Part shown: piece by piece, positions 39,004 to 53,162 of the stretch
Layout of the letters: every line of letters begins with the position of its first letter
Numbering within the stretch: position 1 is the first letter of the stretch
Assembly (NCBI GenBank): GCA_951406725.2
Contig: OX597819.1
Location: forward strand, 32,550,001-32,614,000
Reading direction: 5' to 3'
Source: Octopus vulgaris
Taxonomy: Eukaryota
Length of the DNA stretch: 64,000 nt
Notes under the pieces: generated by a model
Databases searched by the model: none
The model's input: only the letters and a program-made list of their open reading frames with translations
What the model was told of the DNA's origin: nothing
Made by a program: the position numbers and the translations under genes

Positions 39004-40379
39004 CAAAGACAGAGAGAGAGAAAAAAAAAGACAGCTGATATTTACTTAGTTGCACGAATTAGCTGCAGGAGGAGAGGGTTTCCTGCAGGCGTCTTTTCAG
39101 ATGGTCGTGATGCTGCTACAATTTGTGCAATACATATAACGGACCACATGAAATAGCAGCACAACTCAGATTGCAGCAACAACATGAAACAAGCAACAAC
39201 AACATCGACACAACATAGTAATATCATCATCATCATCATCATCATCATCGTCATCAAACTGCAACAACATTAACAATAAACGCAATAGCAGCGACGGTGA
39301 CTGCGACGACGATTTAAAGAACAATAGGTTTGGTGTAGCAAAAAACAGTAAAAAGTAAGAAATCACATTTCTGGTCTTTTTTCTTTTAATTTATTTATTT
39401 ATTTATATATATATTTTTTTTTTTTGTAATTTTGTTTGAGAGATTTTGAAGAAATCATCTTCAAAGCCATTTACCAAACAATAGTTGCATCATGGATGAA
39501 ATATAAAAGGTTTCAGTGTTCACCTTCTCTATAATTGACTGCTAAAAGTAGTTTCGTTGATGTTCTTTTGGATTCGAAATGTTATCCTGTTCTTTGTAGT
39601 CGATTATCAATAAATACATAAATACATAAATACATAATAAATATTTCTGAAATTCAGAAGCATTTTAACCGCTACAGTTAAGATATCTTATATCGCATTT
39701 TTTCATAGCTTAATCTTTATAAATTCATCACTGAGTACCGAAGTAATATTTTCTTGTTTCTCTTTAAAGAAATATTCCTATAATTAAATCAGCTTTTAAA
39801 TGGAAATATATACACGAAAGTCCGGTGGCAATTGAAATACACAATGATCGACATTAGAGATCATAAGACTAAAGAGTCATATATTGTCAGTTCGTTTCTC
39901 GCCACTGGCATTAAAATATCAGCTTTGAAATCAAAGCCTCGTCTTGGCAGAACGTTAAAATATTAGTTTATAAGCGTCTAAATCAAAGACAGAAGATATG
40001 AAGAATTATAATTTTATCTAGCATGGTTTAATTATTTCTCTTCTCTCGTAATGATGGCATACAATAAATAAACTAACAAACGAATTAACTGAAATTTCAG
40101 ACTGCTAGCTCATTATCATTTGAATAATAAGATGTTATGATATTCAAATTATAATTAATTACTAAGAAATATGGACATTAAATCTCGAGTTATATCAGTA
40201 ATAAGTTGACTAGGTGTGACTGTGCAAATGAACCAGTCATCTGATGCATGAAGATGGTTGTATAAATGAGAGAGAAAGTGGGATTATATTCATTCTACGA
40301 ATTTAATATATAGTTCGAAGGAGGATTTCATAGGTGTAAATTTAACAGTTTGAATTATTATCTTCCTTCATCGAATACA

Positions 40380-40774
40380 TCTTTATATATAAAAGTCAAG
40401 TTGTGTGTCTGTCTCCTACGATTTAGATTCCTAACAACTCCCACATTTTGCGGTGCAGTTTAACCAAAACCGGGTATCTTATAGTCGCGATTCATATCGA
40501 GCCCTTCTGGGTATTAGCGCGCGTCTACGATGAATCTACGATTTAAAAAAAAAATTGCCATCATTTTTTCCATTTTAATGCATTTTTTCGCTATTATATA
40601 AGGGAAGTAACTCTCTAAAAATGTCTACGATGAGTCAACGATTTAAAAAAAATTACCAACATTTTTTTTCCATTTTTAATGCATTTTTTTGCTATTTTTT
40701 GACTATAACTCTCTAAAAATGCTTATATAGTTATTTCCCTTACAAACCCGAGCAACGCCGGGCGATACTGCTAG
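40380..40774 (+). mobile_element. Non-autonomous Helitron
   Basis: A|TC...CCCGAGCAACGCCGGG...CTAG|T. Highly similar to 31683-32080. Confidence 0.85.
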
Positions 40775-40936
40775 TTCTTAATAAAGGAATCAACGTTGTT
40801 AATTGTGCACGTAGAGAGTAACACGTCGAACGTCTTGTATTAGTTAGTAATTGTAAGACATATTGAATAGGAAGGATTATCTGTAGGTCCAACTCCATTG
40901 ATAATTCGATAATGTGATGTTACAAACCTTCAATTG

Positions 40937-41262
40937 GGGAGGCGCAATAGCCCAGTGGTTAGGGTAGCGGACTCGCGGTCGGAGGATCGCGCTTTCGATT
41001 TCCTGACCGGGAGTTGTGTGTGTTTATTGAGCGAAAACACCTAAAAGCTCCACGAGGCTCCGGCAGAGGGTGATTGTGACTCCTGTTGTACTCTTCCGCC
41101 ACAACTTTCTCTCACTCTCTCTCTCTTCCTGTTTCTTGAGTAACGCTGCGATGGACTGGCGTCCCGTCCAGCTGGGGGGAACACATACGCCACAGAAACC
41201 GGGAAACCGGGCCCATGAGCCTGGCTAGGCTCGAAATGGGCGACGTTTATCGTTTATAATAT
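40937..41262 (+). mobile_element. SINE family C (tail 1)
   Basis: tRNA-like head ggaggcgcaatagcccagtggttagg...ttcgatt. 13-bp TSD AAACCTTCAATTG at 40924-40936 and 41263-41275. Confidence 0.9.
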
Positions 41263-41611
41263 AAACCTTCAATTGCTTTTAGTTACATAACAGCAGTAAC
41301 TTCCTAGTGTTATGTCAGGTCATAGTGATTTTACACTTGTTATTTTCGCTTGGATTGGCGTGAAATATTTTTAAGGCTAATGCACGTTGTGAAAAAAGAC
41401 AAATTTGGTTGTTGTTAACAAACGATATTGTATTAGCTGAAAAAAAATCTTCGCGAACACTAGTTACTTATGATAGAAAACAAATCTAGCAGTTTTCAGC
41501 TTCAGAGTAATACTGCACTCTGGTATGATACAGAGTGTAATTTTTGATAACGACAAAAAAAAAAAAAAAAGAGACCTTTAGTCAGATGAATTTTATCATC
41601 ACTAGGTTGGA

Positions 41612-41920
41612 GTAGGTGGCACTCCGTCGGTTACGACGACAAGGGTTCCAGTTGATCCGATCAACGAAACAGCCTGCTCGTGAAATTAACATGCAATTGG
41701 CAGAGTATTCCACAAACACGTGTACCTTTAACGTAGTTCTCAGGGAGTTTCAGTGTGGCACAGAGTGTGATAAGGCTGTCCCGTTGAAATTCAGATATTG
41801 CCCATTTTTGCCACCTGAGTGAACTGGAGCAACGTGAAATATAGTGATTTGCTGAAGGGCAAAATGTATCGCAGGAATTGAACTTACGATCATGAGCCAA
41901 ATACGTAACCACTAAGCCAA
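41612..41920 (-). mobile_element. SINE family D (different head, tail 2), degenerate
   Basis: Tail shared with 45329-45723. Head tggcttagtggtta as in 58003-58315. Confidence 0.75.
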
Positions 41921-42196
41921 CATATTGGTTAGAATGCTCTACATGTGCCACAGCAGATGCAGAGAATATGTAAGTCGATGATTGCAGGAAAGCAACAGGG
42001 GAGAAAGGAATTCCAGTTAATTGATATTCTCTGAGAAAGGACTAGAATTAGGGTGTTAGGGGCTGTTTGGAAGGACTGAAGCTATGACTGACGAAAGGCT
42101 AAAATAGGAGTATGTCGAGTGGATTTTGAGTATATGATGTATATAACTAGCTATATATGTATATTTATATATATACATATGTGTGTGTGTGTGTGT

Positions 42197-42269
<73 letters not shown>

Positions 42270-42366
42270 CAATATAAGGGTAGCAAAAAATTCAATAGAA
42301 ATTTTTTTCGCCACCAGCAGTCCAGTGAGAAAGAGAAAATAGTCACAGACTATGTATATATATATA

Positions 42367-42599
42367 ATTTCAACAATATTAAGGAATGGCCCTGATAGGC
42401 CATTCGACTCACTAGAAAGAGCAGTCAAACCCAAACCGCTAAATAGTAGTAATTCAGAAATCAAAGGAAAATTAAAGACATTAGGGTAAATGTTTTTAAT
42501 TTTCCTTTGATTTCTGAATTACTACTATTTAGCGGTTTGGGTTTGACTGCTCTTTCTAGTGAGTCGAATGGCCTATTAGGCCATTCCTTAATATTGTTG

Positions 42600-42603
<4 letters not shown>
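42367..42603. repeat. Near-perfect ~115-bp-arm palindrome in a (TA)n tract
   Basis: atttcaacaatattaaggaatggcc...aaagacatt / aatgtttttaattttcc...ggccattccttaatattgttgaaat with a short spacer near 42483-42489. Confidence 0.95.
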
Positions 42604-42637
<34 letters not shown>

Positions 42638-42997
42638 CGGAGGCAGTATATTTGGAAACCAATCATATTAGCATATTACGCTGTACGTGTCTCCGTGAAA
42701 TAATGTCGGCATGTTCAAGTGCTAGAACAGTTGTCGTTGCAACCGACGTAGGATCCATTGTAAATGTCGCGTGACCGACCAGTCTATCATATGTTGTAAC
42801 ACATCGCTGGTTACAATGTGCTTAGCATCGTGTTTTAGCCTCCTTTGACAAACGCCGCCTCACTGGCAAAGCAAGCAGGCCAATATTCCCTTCTGATCGA
42901 AAGTGGGACTAGAGCAACGTGAAACGAAGTGTTTTGCCAACCGAGTCACATGCACTACTTCCATTTGACATCCTTTTCTTATTAATTTTCTCGTTAA

Positions 42998-43210
42998 GGC
43001 GGCGAGTTCTCAGAATCGTTAGCACGCCGGACGAAATACTTAGCGACATTTCGTCAGTTTTAACGTTCTGATTTCAAATTCTGCCGAGGTCAAATTTGCC
43101 TTTTATCGTTTCGGGGTCGATAAAATAAGTACCAGTTGAACACTGGGGTCGATATAATCGACTTACCTCCTTCCATGAAATTGCTGACATTGTGCCAAAT
43201 TTTGAAACGA
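42998..43210 (+). mobile_element. Older SINE A variant
   Basis: ggcggcgag head, tcggggtcgataaaataagtaccag block, gtgccaaattttgaaa tail. Confidence 0.8.
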
Positions 43211-43650
43211 CTATCTAGTTCATTGATTAATCAATTAAGTAAACGATTGCTTGATTAAGTTTTCAATTAATCAGTCAATTAGTTTGCTTGTTAGAGTTTT
43301 TCTCCCATCAATAAGGACATTATCAATGACTTTGCCCCAAACAACAGTTTCGAGATAGGACAGCAAACCGTAAGCAATGAAAGTACGTCATCGATAAACT
43401 TATGAATGATCTCATAGACAATCTGATTTATTGATTGACGAAACAATTAAATCAGCGATTATTCTTTTATTCTTTTATTTGTTTCAGTCATTTGAATTCG
43501 GCTATGCTGGAGCACCGGCTTTACTCGAAAAAATCGCCCCAGGTCTTATTCTTTGTAAGCCTAGTTCCTATTCTATCGCTTTCTGTATTGAACCGCTTAG
43601 TTACGGGACGTAAATACTCCAACATCGGTTGTCAAGCGATGGTGGTACAG

Positions 43651-45300
43651 TAGTTCAAGGACGATGGGTCAGTGCCGCAGGACTTCAAGGATGCCAACAT
43701 CGTGCATCTGTACAAGAACAAGGGGGACAGAGTTTCATGTGTCAACCACAGTGGCATCTCATTGCTGAGCATCGCAGGAAAGATCATGGCCTGTGCCTTT
43801 CTGAACCATATCACACACCACCTGCTGGACGACGTGTTCTCAGAGAGCCAGTGTGGATTTGGAACAACAGGGGGACAACAGACATGGTCTTTGCAGTACG
43901 GCAGATACAAGAGAAGTGCCGAGAATAAAACCAGAACCTCTATATCCTCCTCATGGTCCTGACAAAAGCTTTTGGCACTGTCAGCTGAGAGGGCGCGTGG
44001 GATATCTTGTCCAATCTAGGCTGCCCACCAAAGCTCGTCAGGATCATCCAGTCATGTCATGATGGCATGATAGCTCGCATCATTGAAAATAGAGATGTCT
44101 CTGATCCATTCCCGATCTCCAATGGCGTGAATCAAAACTGCGTGATGGTTCCGACACTCTTCAGCCTCATCTTTGCCACCATGCTCTTCCGCACCCTGTC
44201 AAAGTCTGATGCTGGTGTCAATATTCGCTACAGATGTGAACCCGATTCTTTGACATCAGAGTCTGAAGATAAAAACCAAAGTCCTGGACGCCCTTGTGAG
44301 AGACTTCCTGTTGCAGACGATGGTGCGCTTGCAGCATTGAATGAACCAGACCTACAAGAACTTTCCACTTTTCTCGTAGAAGCAGCAAAATCCTTCGGAC
44401 TGACCATTAGCCTGCGAAAAACTGAAGTGATGCTTTAGCCTGCACCTAGTCTGACACCTCCTGGGGCTCAGATTGAGACTGAGGGCACAACTCTGAGCAA
44501 CGTCGAGAGCTTTACATACCTGGGAAGCTGCCTGTCCTCAAACTGCAGCATGGACAAAGATGTCTCCATGAGGCTTGCAAGAGCAGAAGCTCCGTTTGGC
44601 AGACTTTGGACACGTGAGCCGAACGAGGCATCATACTTTCCACCAAGCTGGCAGTCTATGGAGCAGTCGTCAGCACCTCTCTGCTCTACGGCTGTGGGAC
44701 GTGGACACTGTATAGGAGGCAAATGCGAGTACTTAACCAGTTCCACCTCCGCTGCTTCCGTCGAATCATGGGAATTTCCTGGGAGGACAATGTCTCCAAT
44801 ACTGAGGTGCTTCGCAGAGCCGAAATGCCCGGGATCGAAGCTCTCATCATGAAGGCCTAGCTCCAGTGGGCCGGACATGTAGTCCGAATGGACGATGCGC
44901 GTCTACCAAAGATGATCTTCTTCTTTGAGCTGGTTTGTGGAGCAAGAAACCCTGGAAGGCCACTGAGGCGAAAGAAGGACAGCCTGAAAACTTCCCTTGA
45001 AGCCTGCGGCATTTCAGCCCGTGGTTGGGAATCACTTGCCTCTGACCGCGGCGCCTGGCGTCCAGCTGTCCAAAAGGGTGTTAGGCTGTTCGAGGAAAAG
45101 CGCCTCAAGAGCCTGGACCAGAAGCGACAAGCCCGAAAAGAGAGGATCACCAACCCGACTGCTGCTGTTACGTGCCCAACATGTGGCCGCGTCTGCGCGT
45201 CCGCCTTTGGGTTCCGCTCTCACCTCCGGCGTTACTGACGTTATTGTTGAACCCCGAGAGACTTCCATTATGTATGTATGCATGATGTATGTATGTATAT
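43651..45300 (+). pseudogene. 5'-truncated decayed RTE-clade LINE (RT plus C-terminal zinc finger)
   Basis: Frameshifted fragments PQDFKDANIVHLYKNKGDR...GISLLSIAGK, SESQCGF, DMVFAVRQIQEKCRE, GVNQ, ADD, KTEVM, and CPTCGRVCASAFGFRSH. (TATG)n-like tail at 45268-45300. Confidence 0.9.
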
Positions 45301-45328
45301 GTATATATAACGTTTATTCCTGTTTATC

Positions 45329-45723
45329 GTGGAGGCGCAATGGCCCAGTGGTTAGGGCAGCGGACTCGCGGTCGTAGGATCGTGGTTTCGATTCCCAGAC
45401 GGGGCGTTGTGAGTGTTTATTGAGCGAAAACACCTTAAAGTTCCACGATGCTCCGGCAGGGTATGGTGGTGATCCCTGCTGTACTCTTTCACCACAACTT
45501 TCTCTCACTCTTACTTCCTGTTTCTGTTGTACCTGTATTTCAAGGGGCTGGCCTTGTCATTCTCTGTGTCACGCTGAATATCCCCGAGAACTACGTAAAG
45601 GGTGCACGTGTCTGTGGAGTGCTCAGCCACTTACACGTTAATTTCACGAGCAGGCTGTTCCGTTGATTCGGATCAACCGGAACCCTCATCGTCGTAACCG
45701 ACGGAGTGCTTCCATCCCATCCC
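45329..45723 (+). mobile_element. SINE family C (tail 2), full length
   Basis: tRNA-like head. 13-bp TSD ATTCCTGTTTATC at 45316-45328 and 45724-45736. Confidence 0.9.
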
Positions 45724-46482
45724 ATTCCTGTTTATCAGAGTGTGGGGGAGATTCTTCCCAGGAACAATAGCATTTCGTGAATTCACCCCAGAATTTAAAA
45801 GGTGTCACTCCAAAAATCTAGATAGTAAATGATCATATTTAAACAGCAATAATAAAATCTAGGGTACAAACACGATCACATTAGTACAACAATAACAGAG
45901 GATATCTAAACCAGTGTCGATTTGAAATAAATACAAAATAGCCTACTTGATTAGCGAGTTTATAGAAAAGTACAATAATCTTTGGAATTGCTACGGTTGG
46001 TTACCTTAATGCCTTTTCTAACAGGAAGTGTCGATTAAACCTCACAGATCGTTAAATATATGGGTTAATAATTTTCAATTCATCGTAGAATACACTTGAC
46101 AAACTGGAGCATTTTATCGCGATGTATATGTGTTTGTATTTCTTTGCTTGTTTTGTCTTCGTTTACTTTCTTTCTGAAAAGAAATGCGTATGATGTCACG
46201 TATGAATATTCTATGGTCTGTCTCTCGTTCAACGTTCATCTCTTTCTCCCTACCCCACCTCTCTCTCTCTCTCTTTCTTACATCTTCTTTTTTCTTTTTC
46301 TATATACGCAGACATATAGATAACAAAACAAAACAAAAAAAGATTTGTATAAAAAGCAAAGAAATTTTCTGTAAAACATATTCGAGGAGCTTCCAAGAAT
46401 AAGGCTCAAGCGCTAATGAAGAATTATCCAAAAATCTGACTACCTCCTTTTTCTTAATATATAAAATCTGCATATTACTTCA

Positions 46483-46556
<74 letters not shown>

Positions 46557-46596
46557 ATATATATTCAGTATATATATATATATATATATATATATT

Positions 46597-46797
46597 TCAA
46601 CGTGTGTATCGTTGGTGATTTTCTTTCTCCGTCTTCCCTTCCTTGGACTTCTCCTTTTTTTCTATATTTCTGACGAGGAGCTCCGCTCGAAACGTTAAAT
46701 CCTCCTTCTTTCTTTCCTTTCCTGAGCGTCCAATAACACTATACGTATTCCACGTCCTCACTTTGTTGTGTTTTCTCTTTTTTTATGCTTGAATTAA
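46597..46797 (+). mobile_element. (TA)n-embedded repeat family P2 with minimal hammerhead motif
   Basis: ATTT-CTGACGA-GGAGC TCC GCTC-GAAAC-GTT-AAAT at 46666-46700. Homologous to 18396-18602. Confidence 0.7.
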
Positions 46798-46821
46798 ATC
46801 TCTCTTTCTTTCTTTCTTTCT

Positions 46822-46894
<73 letters not shown>

Positions 46895-46959
46895 ACACAC
46901 ACGCACACACACACAAACACATACATATATATATGACTAAAAGTAAAAAGTAAAGACGC

Positions 46960-47212
46960 ATGACTCTGGCTGGAGCGTCGATCACATAATCGTGTGGCTG
47001 TATGTTGTGTTCTTGAGCAAGCCTCTTTATTTCACGTGGCTCCAGTTGACTCAGCTGTAGAAATGAGTTGCGACGTCACTGGTGCCAAGCTGTATCGGGT
47101 TTTGACTTTCACATGGATAACATCGTTGGCGTAAAGGGAGGCTGGTATGCATGGCTGATTGTTGGTCTTCCATAAACATGTCTTGCCCGGACATGTGCCA
47201 CGGAGGGGGTGG
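46960..47212 (+). mobile_element. CORE-like SINE with a third tail type, degenerate
   Basis: ttgtgttcttgagcaag...tttcacgtggctccagttgactcagctgtagaaatgag shared with 58003-58315, then unrelated 3' sequence. Confidence 0.6.
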
Positions 47213-47228
47213 GGCCTTTACTACACAC

Positions 47229-47288
<60 letters not shown>

Positions 47289-47289
47289 T

Positions 47290-47495
47290 TTCTTTCTACT
47301 TGTTTCAGTCATTTGGCTGGGGCACCGCCTCGAGTCCTTTAGTTGAACAAATCTACCCCAGGATTAATTTCTTAAAGCCTGGTACTTAGTCTATCGCTTT
47401 CTCCTACCGAACCGCTAACTTACGGGGACACAAACACACCAGCACCGGTTGTCAAGTGGTGGTGATGGTGCGGGGGACAAACACAGACACAAAGA
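47290..47495 (-). mobile_element. SINE family B 3' part
   Basis: acttgtttcagtcattt...accgaaccgctaa...acaccagcaccggttgtcaag. Confidence 0.8.
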
Positions 47496-48156
47496 CATAC
47501 TCACATACACACACATATCTAATACATATGTGTGTGTGTGTGTGTGTGTGTATAATACATAAATGGCAGTTTCTGTCTGTCTGTCAGGTACCATCTTGTT
47601 GCCTATACCAGTGAAAAAAATCTTGACGAAATTTTGTATACATGTTAAACTAACATCCAGTTGAATAATAGGCTAATTGGGTGTTAATAAAAATCTATAA
47701 TGACCCCCCCTGGGGAGGGCTGTAGCACATGTTTACAAATCAGTAACACACCTACTGATATGAATGAAGTAAGACTTTTGTAAGGCTCAACCATGCACTC
47801 CTTCATGTAAAGAACGTGAGACCTTTGTGAGAACAACTCAGCTTTCCAATTGGAAAACAATCCTGCATGCAGCGCCTGTACGTCACACTAAGGTCACAAT
47901 AAAGACATGGTCAGCTGCAAGATTCGTGGATAGGACATGGAACAATATTATGACTAATGATCTGGAAATAGGTTTCACCATGGGATTAATTTTATGAATT
48001 AAATCCAAATCACTATAAAATCTTCATCATTTTCATTGCGCAACGCGAGATACGGCAACGCTACGATAGGCTACGACAGGCGACAACGCGGACTATTTGT
48101 CAATGTATTTATAAATCTACCTATCTATCTAATTTGTTTTACTCAGATGTATATTC

Positions 48157-48583
48157 GGATCCCTTTCGGTTTGAACGGCAGTTTTTAACATAATTTCTAG
48201 GTAACTGAAAAATTTTAAACTTCGTATACTGGTAGAATGTGTTTATAAAACATCTTTTTCTCTTGGCTTTATTGAGAAAATTCTATAGTTTGTAAGATAT
48301 TTGTTTTTGTTTCTTCAATTTCTGCAATTTCAACCAATCACTGACGCCTATTGAGGTATAAAAAAAAACATTCTGTGCCGTATGAATATGTCCCTCGTTT
48401 AAGAAACAGATTGGGTTTATTTACATTTGTGAAGAAAAAATGATACCCTTCTCCCCACCCCTAACCCTAACCCTAACCCTAAAACAGATTGAAATATAAT
48501 AGATCGATTCTAGGGTCATAATTATGGGTGACAATTTCATATGACCCCGCTAGAAAAAACTACCGTTCAAACCGAAAAGATCC
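48157..48583. mobile_element. MITE with ~30-bp TIRs, 8-bp TSD and internal (CCCTAA)4
   Basis: TIRs GGATCCCTTTCGGTTTGAACGGCAGTTTTT / AAAAACTACCGTTCAAACCGAAAAGATCC. TSD GTATATTC (48149-48156) / GTAGATTC (48584-48591). Confidence 0.85.
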
Positions 48584-48790
48584 GTAGATTCGTTTGTTAA
48601 AATAATATAGGGGCATTGCTTATTCACCCACTAATCGAATTAATAGCTTGCAATACCTATTTTAGCAATGAATTATTACGATAAACGACCGGCTGGGCAT
48701 AAAGACGGGAACTGAACAGGAAACGGGATATGACATGGAACAGTGTAATGGTAAACGTGGACTGGGAATAACCTCCGCTTTACCGGTCAA

Positions 48791-49026
48791 GGCGGCGAGC
48801 TGGCAGAAACGTTAGCACGCCGGGCGAAATGCGTAGCCGTATTTCGCCTGTCGTTACGTTGTGAGTTCAAATTCCGCCGAGGTCGACTTTGCCTTTCATC
48901 CTTTCGGAGTCGATAAATTAAGTACCAGTTTCGTACTGAGTCGAAGTAATCGACTTAATACCTATGTCTAATCCTTGTTTGTCCCCTCTATGTTTAGCCC
49001 CTTGTGGGCAATAAAAAAAATAGGTA
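48791..49026 (+). mobile_element. SINE family A, full length
   Basis: TSD TTACCGGTCAA at 48780-48790 and 49027-49037. Confidence 0.9.
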
Positions 49027-49122
49027 TTACCGGTCAACTCATTTATTTTACTCTGGTGCATATTCGTTTGTTAAAATAAAATAATCTATTGTTAGCAATA
49101 AACTATTACCATAAATGTTAAT

Positions 49123-49438
49123 GTGGAGGCGCAATGACCCAGTGGTTAAGACAGCGGAATCGCGGTCGGAGGATCGCGCTTTCGATTCCCAGACCGGGCG
49201 TTGTGTGTGTTTATTGAGCGAAAACACCTAAAAGCTCCACGAGGCTCCAGCAGGAGGTGGTGGTGACCCCTGTTGTACTCTTTCGCCACAACTTTCTCTC
49301 ACTCTCTCTTCCTGTTTCTTGAGTAACGCTGCGATGGACTGGCGTCCCGTCCAGCTGGGGGGAACACATACGCCACAGAAACCGGGAAACCGGGCCCATG
49401 AGCGTGGCTAGGCTTGAAAATGGCGACGTTTTATTTTT
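49123..49438 (+). mobile_element. SINE family C (tail 1)
   Basis: Homologous to 40937-41262. TSD ATAAA(T/G)GTTAAT at 49111-49122 and 49439-49450. Confidence 0.9.
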
Positions 49439-49814
49439 ATAAAGGTTAATAAAATATTTAATCGCTTAATTACACCTAACTGATTCTAAAATTTATATAT
49501 TGGCATAGGATTGGTTATAGGAATGGAAGCAAAACTAAAACAGTCACTGAATAGGGAACATAACTCATATGGATATTCTTACGTCACTCGGAAACCGACA
49601 ACTTGATTGGTTGAATGAAATGTACAGCATTTGCCCAGAGTATCCAGAAGAGCACAACTGAAATTAACCTTTTGGCATTTAAACCGGCCAAAATATTCTA
49701 CCTGCTTTATGATCAAATTGACCAGATCCAACCTCTCACAACTAACCTACAGTGTAGTGGTAACGGGAACTGGAAATAACCCCTGCTTTTCCGGGTAGTT
49801 CAGCTAGTATATAT

Positions 49815-50135
49815 ATAAAGTTAATCCTAACATGAAAACACAAAGAGAAAGCACAACAACGCGAGGACGTCGTGGAACAAGTACAGTGTTATTGGACGCT
49901 CAGGAAAGGAAAGAAAGAAGGAGGATTTAACGTTTCGAGCGGAGCTCTTCGCCAGAATCATAGAAAAGGGGAAGATCCAAGGAAGGGAAGACGGAGGAAA
50001 AACAATCGCCAACGATACACACGCGGTCACATATTGATTCTTTCTTTCCTTTCCTGAGCGTTCAATAACACTGTGCTTGTTCCACGTCTTCGCGTTGTTG
50101 TGTTTTCTCTTTGTGTTTTCATGTTTGGATTAACG
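49815..50135 (-). mobile_element. Family P2 copy with inverted partial duplicate
   Basis: Minus copy 49815-50032 with a mutated hammerhead (49925-49959), followed by a plus-strand 3' part at 50040-50133. Confidence 0.75.
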
Positions 50136-51844
50136 TATCTAGAAGGTCGGCAAAAGCGACCGACAGAATAAGTACTAAGCTCTGTGAAAGGGTCAATTCA
50201 TTCGAATAAATATTCATCAAGGCGGTGCCCCAGCATGGCCGCAATCTAACGACTGGAACAAATAAAATGTAAAAGAAGCACTCGCAAACACACGTAAACA
50301 AACTCTCTCTCTCTCACACACACACATACATGTATATGTGTATATGATATTGGTGCTATTGAGAGAAAAAAACAAACAAAGTGCAAAAGGTAGCGACATG
50401 ATTTTAATATGAGTTCTCATACGAAGTTATAGATGAACAATTAACCACTCTAGTTATATTGCGAAATAAAAAAAAAATGTATCGCTGTCTGTTGTTCTCT
50501 AACTCCATGATAAAGACGTAAAACATACAGAAACGTGTCTTACTTATAGATATGGAGCTAATAAATAATACATAATAGTAGGAACAATACCTTGTGTTAC
50601 TTACAATGATATTAGTAAACGGAGAAAATAAGCGATGTATCGAAAGACGTGTATAGATCTGTGCAGGAACATCGCTGAGGGCGATTCGTATTTTCAGCAT
50701 TAGCGCTAGTTAATACGATTGTATACACACACACGCTGTGTGTTTTATGCATTGTATTCTTACTAACTGGCTGGCACCCAATAAAGGAATAAATTCTACA
50801 TCATAATGTATAGTAACAGTAAAAATTGTTTTGGTTCGTGTTATTATAGATGTTGTGTGAGGGTTTTATTTTAATATCAAAAGTGTGGAGTGAAGACCAA
50901 ACTCTCTCGTATTGGCAGTTCTCTCTTTCACATGCAGCATTGAAGGATCCTTCTCACTGCGATTATGGGTGGATTTGTAGTACATTTCAGCTCCACTTAA
51001 ATTTTAATCCTTTTTTTTTCTTACTATGTGCCCTAAAATACAGTGTTTGTGAACATTAGAATTCGATAATCTTCAGTTCATTTAACGAAATATTTACGAA
51101 ATGACAAAGATATGATAGACGTATTATAGTAATATTCTTTGAATGCATAGTTCATATATTATGATATCCTGATAGCTTAAGTGTTACAGGATTGTTGATA
51201 CTGAGACAGGAATACAAACAGAAAGGTTTCGACCGAACAATAAGCGGCGCATTAGCAATTCAACTTCTTGATCGGAGAGTTCATTTGCTTTTAGAACACA
51301 TGTAGTCTACAATGTTCAGTAACATTCCTAGATGTCAGAAGAATAACCTCTGATATTTATTGTAATCACTTTAATCGCCATTTTGTCGGTGCCTTTGTTG
51401 TCTTGGAGCGACATCTGTTTTACAAAAAGTTCATCCTATTCAAAAGAAAATTCTGAATTGCCATTTGAGATCAACGATATAGGAACGGCATTGAACTTTG
51501 GATGTCTTGTCATGTGTCGTCTTACTCTGAAATATGAAGAATTTCTTGGCTAGTATAAACATAATTGGCAGTTCAACTTAACTAAAAGCTTTTGCAAATG
51601 TAGAATTCCAACAGGAGTGCTACTGTAAATGGTTTTCAACCCACACCTTATTAAATTGTTGCTTTCTGTTTGATATATTTTTACCAATTGTATACCTCAC
51701 AATGTATCATGGGCGTGGTTCTTCTCTCTTGAATCTCTTGAATGGGAAGATGGGTGGATTTAGACGAATGTTTTCATGTATAAGTAATTCAGTTTTCAGG
51801 TTTTGTTGATTGGTATACTAATTTTCTTTGTTCAATATTGATAT

Positions 51845-52667
<823 letters not shown>

Positions 52668-52748
52668 TATATATATATATATATTATATTAAATTAGAGA
52701 TAAAACCACTATTAGGCAAATCATACAATGAAAAACTTAAGCCAATAC

Positions 52749-52824
<76 letters not shown>

Positions 52825-53162
52825 TATAGATATATAGATATGTATATATTTAAACATAGTAAATAGGGTAATAAAAATAAATTATATAAATATATATTCG
52901 TATATACATACTTACATATATACATACATTACGCATACATACATACACTGTGCGTACATATGCGCATATATATATGTGAAGGCTTATCAGACAATATATA
53001 TATGTGACCTAGCACAAAAATTTGCTCGTAAATTTTTTACCGGCATCTTCTCTGTCGCCGGGTATGATTTGCGTCTGCGCACTGGTCTGAAAAGTTAGGG
53101 TATACAGATCGTTAGATTTGCACGTGCCTCTATCGGTATGTACATCTTGGATTACAAAGGCT

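Noticed and set aside
39030-39360. Possible host exon ending at a GTAAGA donor
   Set aside because: No coherent ORF, acceptor or expression evidence.
45329-45400. tRNA gene (also other SINE heads)
   Set aside because: Box A/B heads continue into SINE bodies with TSDs and no clean cloverleaf.
47550-48100. Possible older Helitron-like relics (also 14802-15198)
   Set aside because: Suggestive starts, but no clear 3' hairpin plus CTAG could be verified.
48459-48482. Chromosome end or telomere fusion
   Set aside because: Only four repeats, internal to a TIR element.
51224-51258. Minus-strand hammerhead-like relic (also 62567-62595 and 7029-7070)
   Set aside because: Core is mutated and the stem I/cleavage site is not recoverable, too weak to call as a feature.
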